Below are positions 13,601 through 28,096 of a DNA stretch of 64,000 bases, piece after piece. Numbering within the stretch: position 1 is the first letter of the stretch; every line of letters begins with the position of its first letter. The position numbers and the translations under genes are program-made. A model generated the notes under the pieces. It was given only the letters and a program-made list of their open reading frames with translations, ran no database searches and was not told where the DNA came from. The stretch comes from Fimbriosthenelais zetlandica (taxonomy: Eukaryota), in the NCBI GenBank assembly GCA_977030845.1, contig OZ365112.1, positions 15,128,001-15,192,000 on the forward strand. The letters run 5' to 3'.

Positions 13601-15763
13601 ACACGGAAAAACATCTGGAATCTGCATTCATTGTTTGCCAACTTCCCCCAAGAGCAACACGGGAAAAACAAATTAAAGGCATAAGATGCCCAGGCAGCAC
13701 CTCTGGGGTCTCAGATGATTAATCACTAAGAGGAGAAACCCTGCAAGTAGTTCCATCATAATCCTTGGTCTGTATCATTGCGCCCCGCCTAATCCGCTGG
13801 GACGGCGAAGGACCGGGGTAGAAATCATGCTCCATTGGATCTTGGGCGTCTCTGAGGGAAATAACGGATTGAGAAGACTAACGCAGCTCATTCTCGGAAT
13901 TGGCCAACTGCCTAGAGGTCAGGATAGTGGCATCCATTTAAGCGAAACATTGTGGCCTTGCCACTTTCTCGAGGGTAGTATAGGCCTATATATTTTAAGG
14001 ACCGAGGTGGTCCACTTGCATAGCAGGTGCAAAATGTATCTATGAGAATCGGTGCTCAAGCATTATACGATGAAGTCAGATTCCTCATCTTTAAGGCATA
14101 AAGAGCAACCGATAAGGCAAATGAGATTGAACAGGAGGCATTAAAATACAAAGAAGGCCACAAAACATCCATAATACATGTATTAAGGAATAGCAGATTC
14201 GGTGGATGCTATAAAATCTCTTGAAATATTGAATTGAACTCATAATAAAGTTCCAAAGAGCCCCACGGAAGCAGGACTTTCTGACCGACTCCATGGCTTT
14301 TCATTTTACTGCCGGGGTATCAAATTGTGCAACGTTGACAATCAATATTGCCTCAGACCACAATTTGTTCTGTTTCTCACCAAAAGCCATTGAACGTCAT
14401 AAATAAAACATGCCCTTAGAGTTCATTATTGCTGTTGCCTCATTAATGAGCCACTTCTATGTACTGCTGCTTCCATTAAAGTGATTAACGATATATTCCT
14501 GACACCTAGAGCAAATGGGTACCTTAATTACGATGTATCCTAGCATACAGGTTAACTTCTACAGAGGATGATCAGACTCAGATATTGATCGACTTAATTA
14601 AAGACGAATAATAGTATATAGCGAATGTATGTTGGGTCACATTTGGCCCGGTGTGTTCATTTGGTGGGTAGGTGGGAACCGGTGATGGGTAGGTGGGTAT
14701 TGGGAGGATACAGGTGGGCGGATGTCAAGTTGCAGGATATGGGGGAAAGAATAGGAGGGAAGAAAGATGCATGGAAGGGAAGGGTGTTGCAGGATTGCTT
14801 GCTGGAAGCCAGGACTGTTTAACGGAGGGTCCTTGGCCACCATAATATTTAAGATTATAATTACACTAAAAGACACGTTCCCCATGTTAATAATTACATG
14901 TAATTTATCTGACTTGTTCTATCAAAACATAATAAGGTCCGAGCTGACATATCAGGTATCCAATCACTTTATCAGTATTATATATATGTACGTGTACATG
15001 CATCACCTGATATCCTGGCAAACTACTTTGAGACGTCTGAGTAGTTTCGTAACATTACTCCTTTGATTCATATAATTGACACTACTCGCAAATGTCAGAT
15101 AACACAAAAGTTGATTAGATATGATAACATAAGATATTACAAGATTTACACTGGAGCAAACCTCTGATCTTCAAAGCGCAATCATTTTATTGTTGTCCTC
15201 CGGCAGAGTAATTTGGCAGGAAAAACATGGCTAATTACAGTGTTCTGACAAAATACGTTTTATACAACCAATACGCTCCTATTTCAGAAGGTGATTAACA
15301 GCAATTTGGGAACCTGAAAGACAGCAACACTCTCGACCATAGCACCTACTACAGAGAAAGCTCATGTTTGAATACGGACTATTCATAACCATAAGAATCA
15401 CCTTAAGGAGAATAACTTAAAGCTGTGAAAGGCAATGCAGAGGTGAATGGACTTATTTTTTTCCTGTAGCTAAGAGGTATTGTCAGGGGCATTTCAAGAG
15501 GTGCGGCGAAGGTAGATGGGATGAGAGTTGACAAGACTTAAGAGCATGTACTTATGTCAGGATGGCATAGAACATGGCCTATAGGTCAAGCCCTGTCTAC
15601 TTCAGAGGTCGCCTGTACATCAAGGGCTGATCACCCGTGCTATAAACATCTGTTCTGAAGATATTAGACTGCATCTACATCTCAAGTCAGGACAGGAAAA
15701 ACATGACATGTCAGTAATCATAATATTACATCATTAGTATCATCTAGCCATGTCATGGAGGTC

Positions 15764-15811
15764 ACTATAAAGCAGATGGCATACCAAACTATAAAGCAGA
15801 TAGTATACCAA
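15764..15811. repeat. 24-bp tandem duplication
   Basis: ACTATAAAGCAGATGGCATACCAA followed by ACTATAAAGCAGATAGTATACCAA (2 mismatches). Confidence 0.9.
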
Positions 15812-18800
15812 AGGCCCCCATCTGCTGTTTGTCAGAGGTCGAGGCAATAAGGATAAGATTTTCCCTGAGGGTGAGGCAAACAGGAGAGTTGTATTTAACG
15901 ACCTCTCTATACAGTCTTAGAGAGGATAAGTTAGTCTCATATCATATTGCGTCTGTTTTCTTTTAGCCCAAACTGACTTCTAGAAATTCGGTCATGAAGC
16001 AGTTATCCAATTGTTCCAATTAAGTCGAGGAAATCAAGAGGAACTATAAGAAACATAATTAGTTAATGCAGAACCTACTGGTGTTCAACTCTCATTTCAT
16101 CACTTTCGAAATGATCGATTTCTGCAGGTAATTTCCTCACAAAAACGATGGCCATTATTTAACATCTCACCCCAGCCTGGAGAAAGGAGTCCTTGTCATT
16201 CTCTATAGCTGTCAGCAAGGGACTGGTGACGTGATATTGACTCGCCTTGGCATTCGTCTCTAAGTCATTTCCACGGGGGACATTTCGATTATTTCCTCAT
16301 TGTTACTGTAGTCTGGAGTGTATGAATATTTCACACATGAGCTCAAGATAAAGGATCAATGAATATTCTCCATAGAAAGGGAGTCCATCTGTTATACTAG
16401 GAATTCCGTCAGAAAGTACCATCGACCAAGCATTTTGTACTTGGTTCCATTTTGGAAGTACAAAGATCTCTTCAGAATTGTCTCATCTTGGTAATTAATG
16501 AAATAAATACACTGACAGAGTGAATCAACTCACCATGACTTTGAATATTGAATTCAATCTCTGTCATAAAAGAGCTGGTCGGGTGTCACAGGCAGAAACA
16601 TTGGGAAATCAATTCAGACTATGTGGATGAGACGCTTATGAAACAGGCCTCTGTCTATGTATATTCATTTATCATACGGAATAAAGGAAAAGCGGAGTCT
16701 AGGATCGATACTCGAGTGAGAAACAGGAGTGGTCATAAGCCGTTCATAACAGCTGAAAAGTAAGAGGAGAAAAAGCTATATAGTGGCCAGAAGACAACGT
16801 TGGCTTTACACTGACTGATATGGTGCATTTTCTGTTCTGAAACAGGTCCCTGTATTGGTACATTCTATCTACTTGGCAAACGGAAATTAGAGGGGACCTG
16901 AAATATGGAGGAGATGCAAGAGTGGTCACGAGCTACAGTTCATAATGCAGGGTTATAATCACTTTTGAGCAGATACACGTGAGCACTTTGGGGTCAATGA
17001 CCAGAAAATAGTCACCAAACTCGATAAGGGCGTACATCGAGCGTCCAGGGTGGTAGATTGACGACCATGTCTTAAATTTACATTCCCCCGGTCTACACCA
17101 AAATAATATCATATAATTATAATTTATCTCATATCCAATTTGTGTCACCATGTGGTCTACACATGGAAACACGACACACTGGGATTTTGCAGCAAATGGG
17201 TAGGCCTGGGTCTGAATGCAAAGCCCTTGGCTCACAAAGCCAAATCGATTAAGTTTGTATTCCAACCGGATTCCTCGGCCAAAAAACCCACAAGAAAAAG
17301 CAACAAGGCATGCCTTCTCAGTTAGTCAAAGAAATCCTTCCATTTTTTCTATTGTGGCAGCGTTGGCTTCGCGTTTATGACGCTTCGAAAATAATCGTAG
17401 GAGAATTTTAAGTGAACCACGGTACCAATCTTTGTTTCCTTAACCTAAGGGAGGTCTCTGTTAGGTCTTGGTTATTTGTATCTTCTGATAAGAAAATTTG
17501 TGATGACATTCAGGGAGAGCTCTTTTATTTTTGGGGACACATTACTGTGAAAGCCTCGTCTTAGTGGCAATTGCTTTGACAGCTCTGCAATCTGGAAAAT
17601 TGATTGTTGGGAAAAGAATAAATGGGAGTGATTAGGAACTTGATACGTAAATTATAACACCAACGAGGTCTGGCCAATGAATGGAAGTTTTATAAGGCCT
17701 GTCAAACAATATTTCCATGATCTATAAAGGGGAGATTGAGTAGGGAAATGTTTTCATACTGCACAAAGTACTTTGACAACATGATATTATATTAACAGCA
17801 ATTGCTTCACCTCATATAAGGAAAATAGTAGTAGTATCCATTATGTTAGCAGATACAACCAGCGAGTGTTTTTGTTTCCATCTTCATACCAGATTGCTAC
17901 CGTTTTTAAGGAGTAAGATCCAAGTGTTCTTTCGATTCTGTCAAAGCATAAAACCTGAACATATTTCACTTGGAAAGGTAGGCTAGCCTGCGTGACTGGC
18001 ATAGTAATGAAAAATATGGAAAGGAGCGTGATTTTCCCTAGGCTAATATATTATCAATCATGGCTACTAGTAGAAATACAACAACATTAATCCTATGGTC
18101 ACTGCAGAAACATTTATCAAACTCTGCAGGCGTTTCACAACTACATCATGTCTGCATCACTGAGCAGTCTCTGCCTCCAGGAAAAACAGGATTTTCACTG
18201 TCGGTGTGGTCGATCTCGTGTCAGGGCCTTTTCATAGCTACTTGTTGTGGAATGCAGTCCTTTCGTATTGTCATATTTTCTCTCTCAGAAACATTCTCCG
18301 AAGCGATGATTCAATTTTTGTATTTCAGGCGGTAACATGAAGCATGTATACTCCTGCAATTCATTGAATATCCACTTGGCGTGTCTGATTTATCACAGCT
18401 ATATGTAGTCGCCTCGCTTGTCTAGAGGGACAATTACGTTCACTTAAGAAATAAACTATTCGGGAAAGACACCGCACCTCCTCACTGTGTAGCGCATGGG
18501 AAACCACAAGTCTCCTACTATACTGATAACTAATGGCAGTTCATGGCTTGGCTCTGACATCTTGCCTCATTTCAGAATACATATAGAAGACTTGGTAGTT
18601 GTGGACACGCGATCCTAATTGCATGTGTGAGGAAAGGTGGACATGATGAGCAATATTCAGCACAAGGGAAATGCTCCATCAAGGACCTGAATACCAGAAG
18701 ATGGCCTGACATTCCCAAAGTTAGAGCTATCTCATGCACTCATTCCATTTCTTAGTCTTCTTTCGGGATATATCAAGAAAGTTGACTGAGTTGCGTATCA

Positions 18801-21430
18801 TAATATCTCTCCTTAGGGCCTGCACTTTCACTTGCAATCATAGAAGGTATAAAAGACAGATAGCAAGATGTCTTCAGAATGGTTTCTTAAAGGTCTCATG
18901 CGGCATTTATGCTTTCCAGGTCTCTATAGACTCGTAAGACTGAATGGAATTGATCTTTCTAGATAATCTAAATTGAATTGGAGAATGAAAAGTGAGTGTC
19001 AGAAGGTGTATATAACATAGAGGACTAAAACGTTGTTTTGGGCAGCAAAAATACTCCCAAACGAAAGTTCTGAAGGGGGCTTATACCCAAAGGGTCTTCG
19101 AGCCTGTTCAGCCCTGGGCCCAGATCTATTCCCTTTGTCGCCAAGATTTTCCTGGTTTTAAGAGAGGGATGAACTGAAATGGGGCCTTGCCAGGAAATGA
19201 AAGCTTTCACACCGATTACCTCGTGAATTTGCTTTCTTCTAACGTGTTTTCCAAAGTACAATGAAGCTTGACCTTGGCCACCTGACCAATCAATGACAAA
19301 GGCTCTTGTGTGTCTTTCTCGAAAAGGAACACTGCATTACAAGGTCAGGATTAATTTTCTCAATATTTCCACTTGAAATTCTGTGACTGTCTTGGAGCAT
19401 ATCTAAGGGAAACTTGATCTCTAATTGGATTTAACCCGAGCATTTCCACCTTGTCATTTCATATAATACTCCTCATCTAATCATGTTGTTATAATTAATC
19501 TCCTTCATGTTATTCAGGCGTAATCAGTAATTCTTCTCCATCTTTTTACTAAGTTGTGATGTAATACACAATACACTCATCGATAAAAATATAGGCAGGT
19601 ACAGCGTAATATGTCTTTAGTACCCAAGTATCTAATTCAGAAAATGGAGCTCCGTTGTAAAATCAGGCAACGAGACAAGGTCCAGCTAGAAGACAAACGA
19701 GGTTATTAGCTCAGGAGAGGAAGGAATGGATGTCCAGGAAGGTAGGTAGCCTGTCGTTGGGAAAAGATAAAATAATTTGACGGCAGCTGCCAGGCTGCAA
19801 GACAGACCAAAGGATCACCAGCATCCGATCAAGTGGAAGCCATTGACAGAGCGAGCTTTGGCAATTAGAGGAAATAGGTACAAGACCAAACCAGAGGGGA
19901 AGACAACCTTATTACTTCTATAGCCTGATTTCAACGAGCCTTGCTTGTAAACAGAAGGTTACAGATGGACCCGGTAATCATTGCATGTTTGGCAGAACTC
20001 TGCCATGTGTACTTGCAGCTGGTCACATCCTGTAATTTGACAAGTCAAGGCAAATGATGCTGAATGCATCCATTTGCAGCAATTCTACCACATGCCATGC
20101 GGGATAAGACAATATTTAGTAGGCCTACCCTAGCCATTCCAACAAAAACAGATTAGGCCTGTTCCACCTATATAGAGTAGAACACTATAGTGCCTTTAAG
20201 GACCAAATTCAAATTTATACAAGTCTGCTTATCTGATATATCTATCCTAGTGCCGAGATATATTCAAAATCTCAGACTTTCTTGTACATGCCCTAAGGGG
20301 AGGAATGAGTTCTAATGCCTCTGAACAGCCTATCGTCAGCGAGGCGAATAGAGGATTTGAAAAATATTCTTTATACATCAGAGTCCAAAGTACTTCCCTA
20401 TAGATAGAGCTTCTGAGTTGGGGACGGAGGAGGCAATGCATGGCAATCATATATGCTGTCACCTAGCTTCTTGAATAAGGTGTTCAGCACGAATTTGATG
20501 GCTCTTCAAAGTAGATAGATGGTTATTATGTAACTCTTCTACCAGACAGTTTCTCTTTGAACCAGTGGGAATGAGACCAATCCTTATGATCTAAGTTTCA
20601 CTCTGACTCTCATCTCTAGTTTCTGGCGTCTTACTAGCCTGGTACGTGCTACTTGTGGCAGATTCGTCATAGAGAGATCAAAACAATTTTAAAGGTCATC
20701 GAAATGTAACAGATAATAAGGTCATTGTGCTTACGTTCGTAGCTGACTCGGGTTTCCCAAGATTAGCAACTGCATCAAACAGTTAAACAAATTTTAGTCA
20801 CAAAATATATTTTGTTCTTAGCTCCGTTGTACAGGAAATTCAGGGCATGGACCACCTACTAATGAGATTATGATCAAAGATTCGGGGATATGTTTTTCCT
20901 GTCCCTCTTCAGTTGGCCTCACAAAAGTGAGTCGTAGGAAAAAGCATACAGACGTGTGGCTTGAATAAAGAAAGATCCTTTTAAAAATGACCAGTCTTTG
21001 ATGGACAGCAGGCAAAGGCTCTCTACCTGTAAAGTCTACAACAGGCAGATGAAGGCAAGCCACGGTCAAGAAGGCATAATTCTGTTTAATATATACACTA
21101 GTCTGCCAGTGAGAAGAAAAGGTCCACGGGGAATATATAGGACTATAGGCATGGGAGGCATATTGCTCTTAAAGGGCATGGCTAAAACGTATAGACTATT
21201 ATAATCCTTTCATACACAGACGACAAATTTGATGACAAAGGATTTGTGAACTAACAGGAAATAAAAGGCACACTATTATTTTCTTCTTGATAATTTTTTT
21301 CCTGGCCTTTTTGGTAAAACACTTTAAAATATGTTGTTGCTCAAAGGCAATAGACTCTGGGAATGACTCTATACATACATGTATTATGACTGACAAGTAA
21401 TACTAACATACATGTCATTTTATTTTGCAG

Positions 21431-21488
21431 GTTTTTCTCACTGGATGTGTCATATAAATCAGAGTCGCTCACGTCCAGGCTGATCAGG
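21431..21488 (+). other. Probable non-coding (5' UTR) exon of the microprotein gene
   Basis: Strong acceptor TTTTATTTTGCAG| and consensus donor AGG|GTAAGT bound a 58-nt segment containing a 12-codon uORF (MCHINQSRSRPG*). Linkage to the 26836 exon is inferred. Confidence 0.55.
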
Positions 21489-22449
21489 GTAAGTAAACAC
21501 CGCATGCAGTATTTTGTTTTCTTCTATAGATTTGAACATCTCTCAATATCCAACAAACGCCTAGTCTTAGCTTAAGGGGTCCAATGCATGTAAGAAAACT
21601 CGATCACTATATATCCACAAAGGATAGGATAGATCTGAATGTATATATGTCCAGAGGGAACTTAAAATCTGAGAATATACAGGGACTCTTCTATGATTGT
21701 ATTCTCTTTCATCGATGAAGACTGTATTGTGGAGACCCACCAGAAATAATCCGCTTAGAATGATGGAAAATGGGAATAATAGTATGAGGAAGCATCGATC
21801 TTTGGAATCATAGAAGATACAAATTACATCAGACAAGTGCTTTGACACGCTACCTATGTTATAATTATGCTCTGTACGTACAAATGATGTTTCATATGTG
21901 ATGAATGTCACTTTGAAAACTTGAAGTAATGAGAAAGTCAAAATTAAGTCAGACTTTATGGTATTAAAGTTACAGTATGAACTGTCACCAGTGATGTTCC
22001 CTGCGTGGATCACATGGATGGTTCTGAACACTAATTAAATTTTCTCAAATTATGATTATCGACTGCCCAGGTCATAACTGGAAATTCCACATGGCTGTCA
22101 TCGTATTAGGAATTAAAATGGAATATTCCATGCGATTATGAGCGGTGAAGCAATCCTATCCTGCTCGTGGATTACAATTTTAAGACAGTTTACCCGTTTT
22201 AAGAATTCGGGCAGAACGATTTTTCAGTAACCCTAGTGTCTCTGGAGTGTTGTATGACACGTTACTGCAAGGCTGGTGCCAGGTTGGTAATTAACTGGTT
22301 ACCTAATACAATGCCGTGCTAGAGACAATTAAATTAGTCTTTCGGGGAGGTAAAGTACTGAACACTTTGAGGAAATGGAGAAGAAGTCATTTCCAGATTG
22401 CCCGGGAGCTGCGTTTTATTAATTTTGCATTAGCTAAATATTTTTTGAT

Positions 22450-22760
22450 ATATATCAAATCCCAACGACTGAAGACCGAATATAAAATGCATGCAAATGG
22501 TGGTACACATGAAAGTATGTCAGGGTTCCAACAGATATATGAGATAGATAGTTATAATAGATATGTATCTCAAGAAGATGTACAATATGTGGAAAAAGGC
22601 GCCACGAGAGCGACCATATTTGAAACTCGCCAAAGGCCCAACTTACACGTCCAGTATGGCTTTGCATGGGATAAATTAGTGATGCTGGTATCCCAGTAGA
22701 TACCCCTAGAAAAGAGCAATATTGATGTGGCTCTGATTTGGGGTGAGCCATGGGACTATC
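22450..22760 (-). mobile_element. Decayed CR1/L2-type LINE, C-terminal RT region
   Basis: Minus frames give ASLIYPMQSHTGRVSWA and STYCTSS*DTYLL, resembling the recalled LYYSLIYPYL.YC..VW.ST..T.L..L motif downstream of CR1/L2 RT. Confidence 0.4.
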
Positions 22761-24277
22761 AGTCCCAGGAAGCTGGCTGTAATGCTGCAGCAGAGCAGTC
22801 AGCAGAATGGTGAAAGACCTTTCACAAATGCCTGGAAGTGCTCACGAGCTGGTTTTGTTCTTTGAATGAATAAATCATGTTAAAAGTGATCACATTTGAT
22901 TGATATGAGCCATCAACTTCACCAGCTTTGTCTGCAACAAGTAAGGTTCTCTTTCTCACATTTTAGTGAATGTTAGAAGAGTAGAGCTGGTAAGAGGAAC
23001 GTAGCATTTTACGACTTTAGAGGCTAACAGCCTTAAAGCAAATTTTGTAACTTGCATTTAATAGAATTAATAAAGATTTTGTTAGGCTCAAATTATGTGT
23101 ACTGATACAATGAATGAATCTTTTAGCTAATTTATTTATATCTGGATAGATACCGGCCATAGGCAGCTTTTCAACGTACGCCAGGGATGAACATTATTTG
23201 GCGCGATATCTTGTATATGTATTGGGGATTCTCTAGCCTCCTGCATTGAAAATTCTAGAGGTATTCCCTGATGTTGCAACACTAAAATTTCTGGACACAG
23301 TTCTCGTCTACATCTTAACAGATTAGTCCTCGAGCAGCCAGAGCCAGACCCTCTCAATCAGTGGCAGTCAGCCTTGCAAACACTTAAACAAACCTGAGCA
23401 AACTCAGAAAAGATTTCCAGTAAACAGAATGATGATAGATGAAAGGGATAAGCATACCTGACCCGCCACATGCCAGATTTACAGTGAGGGTCCGCTTTAT
23501 GAGGATGCTGTTTGCACAAATCATACTAATCTACCACGTAAGGGTCAGAGCCACACATCAAGGCAATAGGCTTAGTTATGTTCTAAGGCTCAAGCAACCC
23601 TCCCCTCAACTGCTCGCCAGCCAGACAATGCACTGTATCTTTGGGACGTTGGAAGCCTGACCTTTGTCCCAGGCAAATCAATTAAGGCAATGTTCTCTAT
23701 TAATCCAAGAGAGCTATTCTCTGATAAATATACTCTATGCCACGCCTGCTGGAGAGTGGTACTGCATAGCAATGAGCCTTGCCCATGGATTATCCATATA
23801 TTTCACTGTCAATGGGCTGTGGCTATAGAAGGACTGTTGGACACAAAAATGACTTATCGTTATGGAAATATCAGCTAGATATGATAGTCCCTTGAACCAG
23901 GGTAAGCCCACAGGAGTTTCAATTACAAAACAGATATGATAGCTTTTGCTATGTGCATAATAAATACCACATGCAACCTTAAACATAAATGTCTAGAATA
24001 GTCATCCATTGATTACAATATCCCTAACAAGATTAATGTGATTAATAGTCATACATTTATAAACGGAAATATGATGGGAAAGATTAATCAGAAGGGTATG
24101 GCACTTGTTGCTTGTTAATGAGAAATAACATGAATATCATTAAGGAACTTCACATGAGCAAGTCCATCAATACGATATACATGTACCGAAAATTATACGG
24201 CATGTGTGGCAGCAATCTGCATCCATACCCTTCATCACCCAATGATAGCTGATGGATTGACACTGGACATGAGAAGG

Positions 24278-24402
24278 CCCCGCCTAAACAGGAAGAGGAA
24301 GTGAGCAATATCGATTTGAAGTCCCTTGCCACCGCTAGGCGGGTCTAGCGGGTCATGTTATTGATTCCCGTAATCTTCACTAGGTGGCTTCCTATCACGT
24401 GA
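24278..24402. promoter_or_regulatory. Cluster of promoter-type motifs in an intron of the plus-strand gene
   Basis: GC box CCCCGCC 24278-24284, ETS GGAAGTG 24297-24303, CTCF-like CACTAGGTGGC 24378-24388 and E-box TCACGTGA 24395-24402; possible alternative promoter 2.4 kb upstream of the first coding exon. Confidence 0.3.
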
Positions 24403-26854
24403 CACCTACTTTATGGTAGACATATTCTGCAGATAGTACCAATTGCACCTCCATATTTTTTAGCCTAATAATTTAGAAGGGCACTTTTTGGTCAAGCCAT
24501 AGATCGATTGAATCCGGAGGATCCTTGGTTGTTGTACATTAGTATAATATGAAAAATGGCCTCTCGATTGATTTCAATGTTGTTAAACTCGAACGATAGA
24601 CCTAAATACTGTGAATGTAAGGACTATTCTCTCCCAATTAAAGGCCATACACTTCTGATATACAATCAACTTTCCTTATACTAGTACGTGCATGAATTTA
24701 AAGTAAATATTATAATGCAGTCTTACCATGAATAAATATTGCAGATTGTCAGCAGTGCCTGAAACACATACACAAAATGAATGTGACATATGATTTAGTA
24801 CAGAGCTTGAAAACCTAATCCTAGTCGCAAAATATCAGGTTGAGCATTTATAGGTGATTGCATGCATAACTAATACAGCTGAAAGGATTTTCTTTTTTCC
24901 TTTGCTTCCACATAAGTGATGATGGGAAAGGATAAGGAGAAAAGATGGAGGGGAAACGGTCCTTCTTGTCTCCTATGTATGCGAGCTCATCCGTAATTAA
25001 TCACTATATAAAAATCCCCCGTGGGCACGCTTAACAGCATTAGACTATAATCCATTATGGTCAGTCACACTCCATGAAAAAAACCACCAGCTATGATCCA
25101 TTAAGTGCTCCCATAAAAGGAACCCAATTTAAGGGAGGGATGCAATTGGAAAAAAGTCACAATATAGGCCTACTGTGGTGCAAATTGCCATGACTCAACA
25201 CTTGGGTTTTGCACCCATTATCTTAATTGACAATTCTTCAACATTTTAAGGAAAAAAAATGGATCATGGAAAATAAAATTCAGAAAACATGGAAAACATT
25301 ATACCCTTAGGCAGGCTAATAGGGATTGTTGAATGTAAAAGTGCTTTAAATATGCCAAAGAAATGAAGCTAATGGACTAGGTTAATGATTAAGGGGCATG
25401 ATAAAGGAAGTGGAACTTGGAAATCAGAGGAACGTTGTTAAAGTACATAATCATTAATTAAGCAATACCTCCTGGCCCTCATGAATACGCCACATATATC
25501 AGCCGAGAATACATTCGCTATCCGTTACTGTTTTCCCTCACTATTTCTATAGGACGGGGGAAAAGTTCTTAGTACGTAGAACAACATTATCTACTAATTT
25601 GTTGGGATTGTTAAATGTGGTCATTAGCTACCAGCAATGGTGGCCATGCGCATTAGAGCTACATGCTGCAACACACTAATCTCTTTCTCGGTGGCAGTAA
25701 TTGGGCATGAATTGTAAATTGGATAACAGCAGAGTCGGCTCAGGCAAACACACATGGCAGAGGCAATTGATTAACGACAGAAAAATATTTTCAGAACAAT
25801 TTGGGGTTTAGAAATAAACATTTCTAGAGTGACACACTTGGACTGGAATACCTTTAGATCTTTTAGCATTCCTAATCTTTGATGTTGACAATTCTACTTC
25901 ATGACCAGGCAGGGCCGTGAGCAGGGTTTCTCATATGGCTGCTTTCGAAAGGGTCGAACGCTGACCGCTGACTATACCTCTGAAGCCCATGTTCTGTATT
26001 GTTATATCAGAATACCTTTAAACGGAAATTAATTTACTCCCCACCCGCGTATTGTTAAGGTTTCCTCCTCCAAGTCCGGCTTGTGTTACAAAGCTGCCTT
26101 CTAGGTCGGTAATTGATATTCGGTCTAAAATAATACAGGTCATCCAAAAATAACATGTGTGCTTTGACCTGCTAACCGAATTTTACCATAACATAGGCAT
26201 AAGAACTATGCATATACTTAAGTTTAATATAATGGATAGATCCCGAATGATCCCGGCTATTTTCTGGCTATGTTTATGGATTGTACTTAGGATTCCTCAG
26301 GGCAGATGGCGGTACTACTTTCTAGTTTTTTTCTGGGTATCATCTCTCACGCATTCAGCCGGGAACATGTCTTTGGGCTTTTGTGACATGAAAGACAACT
26401 TCATGCATGGTATGTGGGTAGGCAGGCAAAAGCAACCCATTTTATGGCGGCCATTTGACTATAGGACATGAATGCAAAATGGACGGTCACTTTTTTCTCT
26501 CAATTTTAAAGGAATATGGCCGTCACCTTATGTCCTTCCCTCTAAACTTACCCAACATGTCGTTATGAGCTTTTCTGCGCTCAGCTGACTGTGATGTAGA
26601 CCTCCTAGGTTCCATTCCCCTACGTTCCTCTGGCGTTACAGATTATCCATAACAGACTGACATAGGACAATTTTGATGGTATGGGGGAAGAATGGGTGTG
26701 GGCTGTGATTCTTACAGCCCATTCTATGGCCAAACTATTGTCACTTAGCAACCACAAATTCTGGCCATAACTCATGATTTATATATATTTAATTTATACA
26801 CGTCTACTTAATGGCATTTCTGTCCTGATTTTCAGCCTGTTTGACCTGTGACTT

Positions 26855-26970
26855 ATGAGTCTGACAATGGAGACCTTGTTTGTCCTTTTGGCAGTACTGA
26901 TAGCAGTATCAGTAGTAGGAATCATGGTCTCAGTCGTGGCTGCCGTCCGTATGTGCATCAATAAGCAAGG
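26855..26970 (+). CDS. Small single-pass membrane protein (66 aa), coding exon 1: MSLTMETLFVLLAVLIAVSVVGIMVSVVAAVRMCINKQ(G)
   Basis: Exon 26836-26970 has acceptor TTTTCAG| and donor AGG|GTAAGT. An in-frame TGA lies just upstream of ATG 26855 (alternative ATG 26867). There is a run of about 24 hydrophobic residues followed by R/K; phase-2 end. Confidence 0.8.
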
Positions 26971-28096
26971 GTAAGTATGGCATGCTAATTACTATACGGT
27001 ATATGGAAGTTTAATATTTAAATATATGGTAAAATATAGCACACAAGTGAACTATTTGCATGGCTTAACTGCCTAGAATGGTCCTGTTTTATAAAGTGCT
27101 AATGCCACCAATATGCCTACTCTGGATACTCAACACCTCTGAATGAGAAGCAATCGAGAAAGTGAGGGGCCTCTATATGTGACCATGCCATGCAATCTAC
27201 AGGACTTTACAATATACAAGTCCTATATATGGCATCTGAACTGAATCAAAAGGACTGGTGAAACGAGGTGCCAAATAGATACCTACTTTGGGACGTGTTG
27301 GCAGATGGGCTCTCCTAGCTTTAAGTCCATATGAATGGAAGCTGGCAAATCTGGATCGCCCAGACAGGACAAGCTTTTAGTTCCCCTGAAGCCGAAACAG
27401 AATATGGCTCCTCACCAAGTGACATTGCCTTTCAGAGCTGTAGGGACGTGTATGATGTCCGATAGGGCTGTCAACAATGAACTGGATTGTCTCATAAAAA
27501 TAGCTAACAGGGGAAGGTTGGAAGGTGGCAAGGACAGTTATAAATACCTTGGCATTCTAAACATAATACGTACTTAACATAATATGTTCATTGCTACACT
27601 CAATCACATAATTGTATCATCAATACATTTCCCCTGTACCTTAGGACCATATACATACTTCCATACTCGCATTAACAGTTCAATGTGTATAAATACACTT
27701 TAAAAGAAAGAAAGATCTTTATGTTACCATGGTAACGATATTGAGACCTATAGAGTATAACACCTGTGACTGAGCTATGGGTTCATTATTTCTATGAGAG
27801 CTCCTCCTGGAATTTTTAACAGTCGATATTATAACGCCCCCTGGGGCAAATGAGCGTAACAGGAGTCTCAGGTTGCCCACATTACCAATGTTTTAACGGC
27901 ACATATTTTCTTCAATCCATGTACTATTGGTCCAATTACAGTACTGAATTTAAGCATGTTCCTTCCACAATCATATTTAAGCAAATGATGTAATTGAATT
28001 GGTTTTACATGGAATCCTACAGCATAACATGAATGAAACATAAGATCATTTAATTATATTCCTTATAATGGAGGTTGTTTTGATTCATTTCCACAG

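Noticed and set aside
21567-22031. Longest ORF in the track (154 aa, minus strand)
   Set aside because: No recognisable domain or splice context; it lies antisense in an intron beside LINE debris, and the composition is typical of AT-rich non-coding DNA.
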